Under the pieces are notes generated by a model that did no database searches, was not told the DNA's origin, and was given only the letters and a program-made list of their open reading frames with translations. A stretch of 64,000 bases of DNA from Syntrophales bacterium (GTDB lineage Bacteria > Desulfobacterota > Syntrophia > Syntrophales > UBA2210), in NCBI GenBank assembly GCA_963662405.2, contig CAXXKT010000001.1, positions 1,152,001-1,216,000 on the forward strand, read 5' to 3'. Shown here piece after piece: positions 39,971-48,981 of this stretch (position 1 is its first letter; each line of letters opens with the position of its first letter). A program made the position numbers and the translations under genes.

Positions 39971-40942
39971 ATGGAAGGGATAAACCGCCAACGCACTCAG
40001 ATGCTGGCATGCGTCTTCACTTTGGCAGGCATGATCGTGCTATCCTTTATCTTGCCCATTTATGCGATCATGGTCATGACGGAGATTCTCATCATGGGTT
40101 TTTTCGCCATGAGTTTCAATATCATATTCGGATATACCGGACTTCTTTCATTCGGACAGGCGGGGTTTTTCGGTGTCGGTGCATATACCACCGCACTGAT
40201 CATTATGCACGGGGGACAATCACTTATCCTGGCAGTAGCGGCAGGCGGTGTAACTGCGGCAATCGTGGCTGCGGCGATTGGGTTTTTGTGTGTTAAACGA
40301 AATGAGATCTATTTCGCCATGATCACCCTTGCCTTTGGTATGATGCTCTATACGATAGCCCACAACTGGATTCAGGTCACCGGCGGAAGTGATGGGCTCC
40401 CCCTGATGAATATACCGTCCCTGCATCTATTGGGGGCTGAAATATCCCTTTTTGAGCCTCGAAACATGTATCTGTTTGTCTTGGCAGTGACATCGCTTGG
40501 CATCTACTTTATGTGGCGCATTGTCCGTTCTCCCTTCGGCCTGATGCTGACGGCAATCAGGGAGAACATGGAACGACTTTCGTTTGTCGGTTCGAACGTC
40601 AAGGGGCTGCGCCTCTGGGCATTCATCATAGCGGGTGCCATGGCGGGAGTCGCGGGGAGCCTCCTCTGTATTTTCAATTCCATGGCAACACCCGACTCCA
40701 TGCATTGGAGTGCCTCCTCGCGCCCGATTCTGATGACCGTTCTTGGGGGTTCGGGCATATTCTTCGGGCCAATGCTGGGGGCCGTTATCTTTTTTGGTCT
40801 TGAGCAGGTGATAACCAATGTGACGGAAAACTGGATGATCATTCTGGGTATTCTCCTGATCCCTGTTGTGATATTTTTCCCGCGAGGGATCTTGGGAACC
40901 CTAGTCCACTGGGTGAACAAGAAAAGGGAGTTGCGAACATGA
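39971..40942 (+). CDS. livM: ABC permease, LivM-like
   Basis: GYTGLLSFGQA, YFAMITLAF, TGGSDG, SPFG, PRGI. Confidence 0.9.
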   Translation: MEGINRQRTQMLACVFTLAGMIVLSFILPIYAIMVMTEILIMGFFAMSFNIIFGYTGLLSFGQAGFFGVGAYTTALIIMHGGQSLILAVAAGGVTAAIVAAAIGFLCVKRNEIYFAMITLAFGMMLYTIAHNWIQVTGGSDGLPLMNIPSLHLLGAEISLFEPRNMYLFVLAVTSLGIYFMWRIVRSPFGLMLTAIRENMERLSFVGSNVKGLRLWAFIIAGAMAGVAGSLLCIFNSMATPDSMHWSASSRPILMTVLGGSGIFFGPMLGAVIFFGLEQVITNVTENWMIILGILLIPVVIFFPRGILGTLVHWVNKKRELRT

Positions 40943-41709
40943 CGACGGAGCCGATACTCAGGATTGAAAACCTCGGGCATTCATACGGGAAATTCATGGT
41001 GATCCGCGACATATCTCTCCAAGTCAGCGGAGGAGCGATTTCGGCCCTTATTGGTCCCAATGGTGCGGGGAAAACAACCTTTTACAATGCCGTCTCCGGT
41101 CGATTTAAACCGACGAAAGGCAAGGTCTATTTCCAAGGCGATGAAATTACCGGCCTGCCGGCCCACAAGGTCGTGCCGCGGGGGCTGCTCAGATCATTCC
41201 AGATAACCAATATCTTCCCGGAGCTGCTGGTTATCGAGAATGTGATAGTTCCTCTCGTCGTTCACCATGGAAAAGCACTCTCCTTTTTCAGGCTCCTTCG
41301 GAAGGAGAAGGAGCTGTATCAAAAGGCGGAGGAAGTCCTCGATAAGATCGGCATCTTGGATCAAGCGTACCGGCCGGCAAAAGAGCTGGCGTATGGGGAT
41401 AAACGGCTGGTGGAAATGGCTATCGTCCTGGCGCGTGATCCCAAGCTTGTTTTGCTTGATGAACCAACAGCAGGCATGAATCCTGAGGAAACAGACCGGA
41501 TGATTTTCCTCATCAAGGAACTGGCCGAGCGATTTGGAACCACCTTTTTTATCACCGAACACGACATGAAGGTGGTCTTTTCCGTTGCATCCAATATATT
41601 TGTACTGCACCAAGGTGAATTGCTTGCGCAGGGCGATCCGGCGGCGATCAAATCCAATGCAGAGGTTCGTGAGGCTTATCTCGGAGGAACGGCAGATGAT
41701 AAAGGTTGA
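40939..41709 (+). CDS. livG: ABC ATPase, LivG-like
   Basis: GPNGAGKTT, RSFQ, LLDEPTAGM, EHDM, VREAYLG. Confidence 0.92.
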   Translation: MTTEPILRIENLGHSYGKFMVIRDISLQVSGGAISALIGPNGAGKTTFYNAVSGRFKPTKGKVYFQGDEITGLPAHKVVPRGLLRSFQITNIFPELLVIENVIVPLVVHHGKALSFFRLLRKEKELYQKAEEVLDKIGILDQAYRPAKELAYGDKRLVEMAIVLARDPKLVLLDEPTAGMNPEETDRMIFLIKELAERFGTTFFITEHDMKVVFSVASNIFVLHQGELLAQGDPAAIKSNAEVREAYLGGTADDKG

Positions 41710-42394
41710 GGATATCCACGTATATATTGGTGACAGCTATATACTCCAGGGCGTGTCATTAACGGTGAACCCGGGAGAAATCGTGTGCCTTCTCGGGAGA
41801 AACGGGGCGGGCAAGACGACCACGATGCGCAGCATCATGGGCTACACGCCTCCGGCTCGGGGGACCATAGAATTTGACGGAATGGTGATCACCCGGAAGC
41901 CCGTTTATGAAACCGTTCGGCAGGGTGTCGGGTATGTACCTGAGGATCGAAGGATCTTCCCCGACCTTACAGTCGAAGAGAATCTTGAAGTTGCCGAGTT
42001 GCCGGGGCGGACGGGACACCGAAGCTATACCAGAGAATATGTCTTCGACACTTTTCCGATGTTGAAACGTCTCAGGTTCCGGCAGGGTGGAGCTCTCAGT
42101 GGCGGGGAGCAGCAGATGCTGGCTATCGCGCGAGCACTGATGGGAAACCCGAAATTGCTCCTCCTGGACGAACCGTGCGAGGGCCTCGCGCCTGTGGTCG
42201 TTGATGAGCTGGGGGTGGTCATTTCCGATCTGAAAAAGGAAATACCTATCTTGTTGACGGAGCAGAATGCCCATTTTGCTTTCGGTATTGCCGACAGAGG
42301 ATATGTTATCGACAAAGGTCGGGTGCGTTATGAAGGGTGCATTCAGGCACTGACCAATAATAAAGAAATCCAGGACCGATATCTTGCCGTCTAA
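41696..42394 (+). CDS. livF: ABC ATPase, LivF-like
   Basis: GRNGAGKTT, VPEDRRIF, LSGGEQQMLAIAR, LDEPCEGLAP. Confidence 0.92.
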   Translation: MIKVEDIHVYIGDSYILQGVSLTVNPGEIVCLLGRNGAGKTTTMRSIMGYTPPARGTIEFDGMVITRKPVYETVRQGVGYVPEDRRIFPDLTVEENLEVAELPGRTGHRSYTREYVFDTFPMLKRLRFRQGGALSGGEQQMLAIARALMGNPKLLLLDEPCEGLAPVVVDELGVVISDLKKEIPILLTEQNAHFAFGIADRGYVIDKGRVRYEGCIQALTNNKEIQDRYLAV

Positions 42395-42827
42395 AAAAGA
42401 TATTCACCCTTTGAGCCCGTCACCCAACCCTGTCAGTACGGGCAATCGTTGCGGGTGGAAAGTATCATCCTGCTCAGCTGAAGAACGTGTAGGGCCTCGC
42501 ACGGAATGTACCCGAGGTTTGGGTTTCTGAGTTTGACAGCGCGAGCCGGGGAGGGACTGAACGGTCCCGTGGCAGCTGAGGCGTGACAGGGTGAAACCCT
42601 TCCCAAAGGAGCACTTTTCTTAATCGTCAGATTCTGTTATACATCGAAAACGCTAGGCCCTGATCGGGGTGGAGTGGCACTTCAACGAAACCACCGAGAT
42701 GAAAACACATTCTCTTTGCTCACACGATAATAGATCCAGGTGTTCAATTCAGCGGGATCTCCGGCTCTCAGAGAGCGGATTCGCTGGGATTAATCCATGC
42801 GGTTTGGGCGGTACGGCAATAAATACA

Positions 42828-44491
42828 CAGGAGGATTAAGATGTCAATGATGAACGCGAAGCAGTACGAGGAGAGTTTAAGGAAGTTGCATTTTAATGTG
42901 TGGATGTTCGGGAAGAAGGTGGAGAACGTGGTGGACAATCCGATCATCCGTCCGTCGATGAACGCGGTGGCGGCGACGTATGAATTTGCCCACTATCCGG
43001 AGTACGAGGACCTGATGACGGCGACCTCTCATATTACGGGGAAGAAGGTCAACCGGTTCACGCATATCCACCAGAGCACGGAAGACCTGGTGAAGAAGTC
43101 CAAGATGGGGCGGCTGTTGGGCTCTCTGACGGGCTGCTGTTTTCAGCGGTGCGTGGGGATGGACGCGATGAACGCCCTGTCCATGACCACCTACGATATC
43201 GATCAGAAGCACGGGACCGAGTACAACAAGCGTTTCCTGAAATACATGGAATACGTCCAGGAGGGCGACCTGACCTGCGACGGCGCCATGACCGATCCGA
43301 AGGGAGACCGGGGCAAGGCCCCGCACCAGCAGGACGATCCGGACATGTTCATGCACGTGGTGGAAGAGAAGAAAGACGGGATCGTGGTGCGGGGTGCGAA
43401 GTGCCACCAGACCGGTGCGGTCAACTCCCACGAGATCATCATCATGCCGACCATCAGCATGCGCGAGGAGGACAAGGACTATGCCATCTCCTTTGCGCTC
43501 CCCGCCGATGCCGAGGGGATCACCTACATCATGGGGCGTCAGTCGTGCGACACGCGGAAACTGGAAGCGGGTACCATGGACCGGGGGAACCAGCTCTACG
43601 GCGGCCATGAGGCCCTGGTCGTCTTCGATGATGTCTTCGTCCCCTGGGAGCGGGTCTTCATGTACAAGGAATGGGAATTCGCCGGCCAGCTGGTGGAGCA
43701 GTTCGCCTCCTACCATCGTCAGAGCTACGCCTGCAAGGCGGGTGTGGGCGATGTCCTCATCGGCGCGACCCAGTGTATCGCCGAGTACAACGGTGCCCAG
43801 AAGGCCTCCCACGTGAAGGACAAGATCATCGAGATGAACCATCTCAATGAGACCCTCTTCTGTGGATCGATTGCCTGTGCGTCCGAAGGGCACAAGGAGC
43901 CGAGCGGGACGTACTACGTCAACACCCTCCTGGCGAACGTGTGCAAGCAGAACGTGACGCGGTTTCCCTACGAGATCGCGCGTCTGGCGCAGGACATTGC
44001 GGGCGGTCTGATGGTGACCCTTCCCTCGGAAGAAGACTTCCGATCCCCCGAGATCGGGAAATGGATTGAGAAATACTACCGGGCCAGCACGGCCGTCTCC
44101 ACGGAAGACCGGATGCGGATGCTGCGTCTGATCGAGAACATCACGCTGGGGACGGCTGCGGTGGGGTATCTGACCGAGTCGATGCACGGTGCGGGTTCGC
44201 CGCAGGCGCAGCGGATCATGATCTCACGGCAGGTGAATCTGGAGGAGAAGAAGAAGGTTGCCAAGAAGCTCAGCGGTGTCACGAAGGATGAGTGAGAAGG
44301 TCCGGATCGGACTGAAATACTGTGGGGGGTGTAATCCCCGCTACGATCGTGTACAGGCGGTAGGATACCTGCGGGAACGGTTGCAGGGCACCGTGGAACT
44401 TGTTTCGTACGAGGACCCGGATATTGCGGGTGTGCTGGTGGTTGCCGGCTGTCCTACCGCCTGCGTCGATCCGGAGCCGTTCAAAGAACGC
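42828..44491 (+). repeat. ~1.66 kb direct repeat, copy 2
   Basis: Matches 11976-13639 at an offset of 30852 bp. Confidence 0.95.
42841..44295 (+). CDS. abfD: 4-hydroxybutyryl-CoA dehydratase, copy 2
   Basis: Protein identical to 11989-13443. Confidence 0.93.
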   Translation: MSMMNAKQYEESLRKLHFNVWMFGKKVENVVDNPIIRPSMNAVAATYEFAHYPEYEDLMTATSHITGKKVNRFTHIHQSTEDLVKKSKMGRLLGSLTGCCFQRCVGMDAMNALSMTTYDIDQKHGTEYNKRFLKYMEYVQEGDLTCDGAMTDPKGDRGKAPHQQDDPDMFMHVVEEKKDGIVVRGAKCHQTGAVNSHEIIIMPTISMREEDKDYAISFALPADAEGITYIMGRQSCDTRKLEAGTMDRGNQLYGGHEALVVFDDVFVPWERVFMYKEWEFAGQLVEQFASYHRQSYACKAGVGDVLIGATQCIAEYNGAQKASHVKDKIIEMNHLNETLFCGSIACASEGHKEPSGTYYVNTLLANVCKQNVTRFPYEIARLAQDIAGGLMVTLPSEEDFRSPEIGKWIEKYYRASTAVSTEDRMRMLRLIENITLGTAAVGYLTESMHGAGSPQAQRIMISRQVNLEEKKKVAKKLSGVTKDE

Positions 44492-44566
44492 CCCGTTTGG
44501 GTCGTTACCAACCGGCAGCAGATTGAAGACTTTCTTGAGCACATGCGCAAGGGGACTGGACGGTAG
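44288..44566 (+). CDS. Small four-cysteine protein (KYCGGCNP), copy 2
   Basis: Identical to copy 1 up to EPFKER, then a diverged C-terminus; 92 aa. Confidence 0.8.
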   Translation: MSEKVRIGLKYCGGCNPRYDRVQAVGYLRERLQGTVELVSYEDPDIAGVLVVAGCPTACVDPEPFKERPVWVVTNRQQIEDFLEHMRKGTGR

Positions 44567-45063
44567 CGATTATCAGTTCTCCTCCCGGTAACGCGTTCAG
44601 CGTGCTCGATTTATATGTACCATGACCAACGCCTGATGGAGGACTTCACCTGTGTTTTTTTATTGCAGTTGTGTCGCGGGATATTCGTTTCAGGTATGGG
44701 TTGAAAATGGTTGGTCGGTAAGAGGGCGTTAAGAAAACCGTTCGGTTTCGCCTGACCATGAACCGTGAACTACCCATGAACATGATCCGTCGGTCTTTTC
44801 CGTTGCCTCGGGCAGGGCAGGGGCGTCATTCATGCTCAGTCGCGGGTTACTCCATTCCGGGATGAATTCATGGTGCCTTTTTTGATTCTTTTCCCTTATC
44901 CGAATCCTGTCACTGAGTTCAGCGGATGATATGAAGGTGCGAACGGGCTGCATTGCAGGGAGATTTACCCCAAGCCAAACCGCGTACCGCAAAGGCTATT
45001 TGTGTCAAGCTGCATTGCGGGGTCACCACCGAAACACCCCTGCAGAGCGAACGGCTCGGGACC

Positions 45064-45440
45064 CGAGAAGAGCATCCCCGTTCCCATGGAAACCTCGCGC
45101 GATCTCGAGAGGATATGAGCGATTCGTTACCCGTTTCTTTTTCTTCCCCATTCGACGACACGATTTGAGGAAACGGCCGCCGCTCCACCAATTCCTGTAT
45201 TTCTTACGAGGTGTTCGCCTGAAGGGTAAAGGGACAATTGACGGAACAGTGCACAGCGGCTATGATGTGAAAAGATTGTTCGGAAGAGTGCATCACTGAT
45301 AACAAGAAGATTGTCCAGGGGATTGATCGGAGAACCGGTGACCCTGCCGTGTAATCTCTCGGTAGTTGCCAGGGTGGTGAGGAAATTTGAGATTCTTCTC
45401 AAAAATCCTGATGCCTACTTTGAGGTGACCGTCGATAAGG
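45064..45440 (+). pseudogene. Deletion-riddled relics of the gltA 3' end, the small membrane gene and the NimA-like gene
   Basis: Colinear DNA similarity to 35430-36145: GTTCCCATGGAAAC...GGATATGA, TTCGCCTGAAGG..AAAGGGACAATTGACG, GGTGACCCTGC..CTCTCGGTA.TTGCCA, ATTCTT..CAAAATCC..CTTTGAG. Confidence 0.75.
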
Positions 45441-45450
45441 GAGGAGATCA

Positions 45451-45612
45451 GTGAGAAAATATTATCTTTTTGTCTTTGTTGTCTTAGGGGCGGCAGACCT
45501 GATATACGGCCTTGTCAAACCCGATCGCCTGAGTGTCCTTATCGGTGCCGTCATGATATTCGTTTCTCTTGCGGTTTTCTATAAACGGGTAAAGGACGAA
45601 AAGAACGGTTAA
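45451..45612 (+). CDS. 53-aa two-helix membrane protein, copy 2
   Basis: GGAGGAG RBS, GTG start; MRKYYLFVFVVLGAADLIYGLVKPDRLSVLIGAVMIFVSLAVFYKRVKDEKNG; 42/53 identical to copy 1. Confidence 0.75.
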   Translation: MRKYYLFVFVVLGAADLIYGLVKPDRLSVLIGAVMIFVSLAVFYKRVKDEKNG

Positions 45613-46074
45613 CGGTGGGGAACGAAGGGAGGGGCTTCCGTTGAGCCGTTGTGCCCCTCTTCCTCGTATCAGAGGAAGCAAGGCCTGCTCCGATTGCTTC
45701 TTTTCCGTGACAAAGAAGATCACGCAACCGACTGGGTGGTAGCTGCGGACACGACAGATACCCGGTTGGAGGCCGGGTATCGAATCGACGAAAACGGGTG
45801 GGTTCCTGAAAACCGCCCGGTTCGCCCCGGGATATTGTCCCCCGTGTTCTCCACTTGAAGATATGTTGATGGTCCCCCGTAATGTCTCGGATTGTGGATA
45901 TTCCGTGACACGACCCGGAATCCCTCCTTGGGGCACCAATGGCACGAAATATACACGCAAGAGATTGTGTATTATCAAGAGAGATTGTTTATTCGGGAGC
46001 CTTTCAAAGAGGTGCGCCGGCGGTATAATGGAAGCGGCAAATGCTAATCACTGAACCGCTTCCATTCTTGCAAG

Positions 46075-46115
46075 AAAAAAGCAAGGGGCCGACCGAACAG
46101 CGTCAACCCCTTGCT
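46075..46115 (-). terminator. Terminator downstream of tRNA-Asn
   Basis: AGCAAGGGG/CCCCTTGCT stem with a T-run on the minus strand. Confidence 0.7.
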
Positions 46116-46120
46116 ATGTT

Positions 46121-46196
46121 TGGCTCCCCAGCGCGGACTCGAACCACGGACTTGGTGGTTAACAGCCACCCGCTCTACCAACTGAGCTACTGGGGA
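46121..46196 (-). tRNA. tRNA-Asn(GTT)
   Basis: Reverse complement TCCCCAGTAGCTCAGTTGGTAGAGC...CTGTTAA...GTTCGAGTCC...GGGGAGCCA; cloverleaf with CCA. Confidence 0.97.
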
Positions 46197-46264
46197 ATAT
46201 GTTTCACAAAAACGAGAGATGCTCTCTATCAGAACACCGTCTCTTTTTCAACACCTATTTTCTT

Positions 46265-46972
46265 CTACCGGCAGTCAACACAGGTGGCCAGTTCACTCAG
46301 CGGCACCCCGGTGGTCTTGCTGATGTATTTGAGCTGATCTTCCGGTGCAAAGTATCGACCGCAGGCCGGACAGGGAACCATCTTAAAGACCTTATCCCAG
46401 ATGATCCGCCGGGCCCCGTCGGTTTCCATCTTCACGTAGCCGGTCGGGCAGACGTAAGCACACGATCCGCACCCGATACAAACATTCGGGTCAAAGACGA
46501 TCTTCGGTTCATCGATATCCCGGTCGCGACCCCGGTCCTGGAAGGTGAGCGCGCCGACACCCACAACCTCGCGGCACGTCCTGACGCACAATCCGCAGAG
46601 GATGCAGTCATGGCCATCTCCCTTTTCGGAGGATACCTGTACCCCCAGTTTTTCGGCAACCTCGCGGATCGCCTGGGTCTCAGGATACTTGTAGTAGAGC
46701 AGCTCGGCGGCGGCCTTACGACTTTTCTTCGCCGCGTCGGAATCGGTTCTGATCTCCATCCCGTCCTGGACCGGGGTATTGCACGACGTGGCGATTTGCC
46801 ACTTTCCGTTGGTCTTCACCTCAACACTACAGAGGCGGCAGGCCCCGAAGGGGGAAAGTTCCTTGTGATAGCACAGAGTGGGAATATCTATTTTGAGTGC
46901 TCGGATGTTCTCCAGGACGGTTGAACCTTCCTGCGCCTTGATCTTCTTCCCGTTTATTACGATATTAAGCAT
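46265..46972 (-). CDS. Fe-S electron-transfer subunit (2Fe-2S + 4Fe-4S; NuoG/SfrA N-terminal-like)
   Basis: IPTLC..GACRLCSVE..SC (2Fe-2S), CILCGLCVRTC, CIGCGSCAYVCP, extra CPAC/CVDC; no catalytic domain. Confidence 0.85.
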   Translation of the reverse strand: MLNIVINGKKIKAQEGSTVLENIRALKIDIPTLCYHKELSPFGACRLCSVEVKTNGKWQIATSCNTPVQDGMEIRTDSDAAKKSRKAAAELLYYKYPETQAIREVAEKLGVQVSSEKGDGHDCILCGLCVRTCREVVGVGALTFQDRGRDRDIDEPKIVFDPNVCIGCGSCAYVCPTGYVKMETDGARRIIWDKVFKMVPCPACGRYFAPEDQLKYISKTTGVPLSELATCVDCR

Positions 46973-46998
46973 TCTTGTCACCTTATCCGCTTCTATTA

Positions 46999-48909
46999 TC
47001 AAGCCTGTTCCCAGACCACCACCCGGTAGCACCGCAGGCAGCGCTGAGCCTCCTGCATGGCCTTGGCGGCGCTGAATCCGCCCTCAACCTCCCCGAAGTT
47101 CCCGACCCGATCTTTCGGATCAAGGAAGGCAACATCGGTCGCCGTACTGGAAACCACGAGCCCCCGTCCCCTCTGTTTGCACAGGTCGACTCCCGCGAAG
47201 GATACTCGCTCCGCCGGGGCATTTCCACTCAGATAGGCATCAATCCCTTCCGCTGCACGGTTCCCCATGTTCAGGGCCTCGATCAGGGTCGCCGGTCCCG
47301 AAACGCAATCGCCGCCGGCGAAGACACCTTCCATATCGGTTGCCAGGGTCTTTGGATCGGCCTTGATAGTGCCCCAGTCAGTCGTACCGACCTTCTTATG
47401 CATCGCGGGAAGCTCGGGACGCTGGCCGATGGCGGCAATGATCATATCCGTTTTGACAGTGAATTCAGAACCCTTGACCGGAACCGGTCGTTTCCTGCCG
47501 CTTTCATCGGGTTTCCCAAGGGCCATCTTGATGCATTCCGCACCGACGATCTTCCCGTCCTTGGCGATGATTCTGATGGGAACGGACAGGAACCGGACGG
47601 AAACCCCTTCCTCCTTGGCTCCCTCGATCTCCTCGTCACTTGCCGGCATCTCGGCTCGTGACCGCCGGTAGATGATTTCGACCTTCTTGAACCCGAGGCG
47701 CACGCAGCTGCGGGCGCAGTCCAGGGCGACATTTCCGCCCCCAACGATCATGACCTTGTCGGCCGGCTCGATCTTTGTACCGAGATTCATATCCCGGAGG
47801 AACTTGACGCCGTCGACGAATCCTTCGTATCCCTCGTCCTCACCCTCGATACCGATCTTGTTTCCCTGATGGGCACCGACCGCGACGAAGACGGCACCGT
47901 ACCCTTCTTTCTTCAGATCCTCGGTGTTCAGTTTCTCTATCTTGGCGTTCAGCTTGATCTCCACACCCAACCGCTTGATCAAATCGATCTCATGGCTGAG
48001 GATATTCGCGGGGAGACGGTAGTCGGGGATCCCGACAGCGGCCATTCCACCGGCTTGCGGGAGGGATTCATACATGGTCACGCCATATCCCTTCAGGCGG
48101 AGCTGACATGCGGCGGCAAGTCCCGCCGGTCCCGCGCCGATAATTGCGACCTTCCCGTCTTTCTCTTTTGCGGGAGAGCCGAACGGCCTGCCGCCCTGAG
48201 CGAGGTCCGCGTCGGCGGCAGCCCGCTTAAGCAGGCGGATCGCGAGGGTTTCGTCCATACCCTTGCGCACACAGGCATCCTCACAGGGGTGGGTGCAGGT
48301 ACGCCCGATGACACCGGGAAGGACACAGTCCCGGCGGATCAGGCCGAGGGCTTCCTCAATACGGTTATTTCTGATCAGTTCGATGTAACCGGGTATGTCG
48401 AGTCCTGCTGGGCAGGCATCTATGCAGGGCGCCGTCACCGTCACCCCATATGCTCCACTCACCAGTTTCCGCTCGCCGCCGATCAGGGCGAGGAAATCGG
48501 CCTTGTAATATTTAACCGCGTCGATGACGGGGAAGAGGGCCGATTGGCCGAAACTGCACTTGCTGTTCGCCGCGACCTGCCGGGCGATCTCCTGCATCTC
48601 GGAAAGGTCCGTCCTGCTCCCTTTTCCATCTGCCATCCGCGCCATGATATCGAGAAGCCGGTCAATACCGATCATGCAGACGGCACATTCGCCGCAGGAG
48701 ATCTTCCGCGCCTCTTTCAGGTAGTTGAAGGTAAGGGATGGTATGTCGGCCTTGGAATCCGTGGCCACGAGCCCGCCCCACCCCATCATGGTCGTGACCG
48801 CGCCGCCGGGCGCGGGGAGATCGGCGACAACGTCTTTCGCCGCCTTTCCACTCCGGTTATCCACGACCTTCCCGTTCCAACTGCTAAATGCAACTTTATT
48901 CATTCTCAA
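46999..48909 (-). CDS. FAD/Fe-S NAD(P)H oxidoreductase (NuoF-type 4Fe-4S domain + GltD-like domain; SfrB-like)
   Basis: SCGECAVC, APCIDACPA, GRTCTHPCE, GAGPAG, GGGNVALD, YRRS (NADP-type), AQRCLRC; N-terminus VAFSSW..VDNR recalls Geobacter SfrB. Confidence 0.85.
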   Translation of the reverse strand: MRMNKVAFSSWNGKVVDNRSGKAAKDVVADLPAPGGAVTTMMGWGGLVATDSKADIPSLTFNYLKEARKISCGECAVCMIGIDRLLDIMARMADGKGSRTDLSEMQEIARQVAANSKCSFGQSALFPVIDAVKYYKADFLALIGGERKLVSGAYGVTVTAPCIDACPAGLDIPGYIELIRNNRIEEALGLIRRDCVLPGVIGRTCTHPCEDACVRKGMDETLAIRLLKRAAADADLAQGGRPFGSPAKEKDGKVAIIGAGPAGLAAACQLRLKGYGVTMYESLPQAGGMAAVGIPDYRLPANILSHEIDLIKRLGVEIKLNAKIEKLNTEDLKKEGYGAVFVAVGAHQGNKIGIEGEDEGYEGFVDGVKFLRDMNLGTKIEPADKVMIVGGGNVALDCARSCVRLGFKKVEIIYRRSRAEMPASDEEIEGAKEEGVSVRFLSVPIRIIAKDGKIVGAECIKMALGKPDESGRKRPVPVKGSEFTVKTDMIIAAIGQRPELPAMHKKVGTTDWGTIKADPKTLATDMEGVFAGGDCVSGPATLIEALNMGNRAAEGIDAYLSGNAPAERVSFAGVDLCKQRGRGLVVSSTATDVAFLDPKDRVGNFGEVEGGFSAAKAMQEAQRCLRCYRVVVWEQA

Positions 48910-48981
48910 GCACCTTATTCTCTAGTAGTGTAAGCACCAGAAACACCGGGAATCGCCCCCGCGTGCCGTTGTCTGCTTTCT

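Noticed and set aside
45649..45858. 69-aa ORF before tRNA-Asn
   Set aside because: No clear RBS or motif; cannot be supported.
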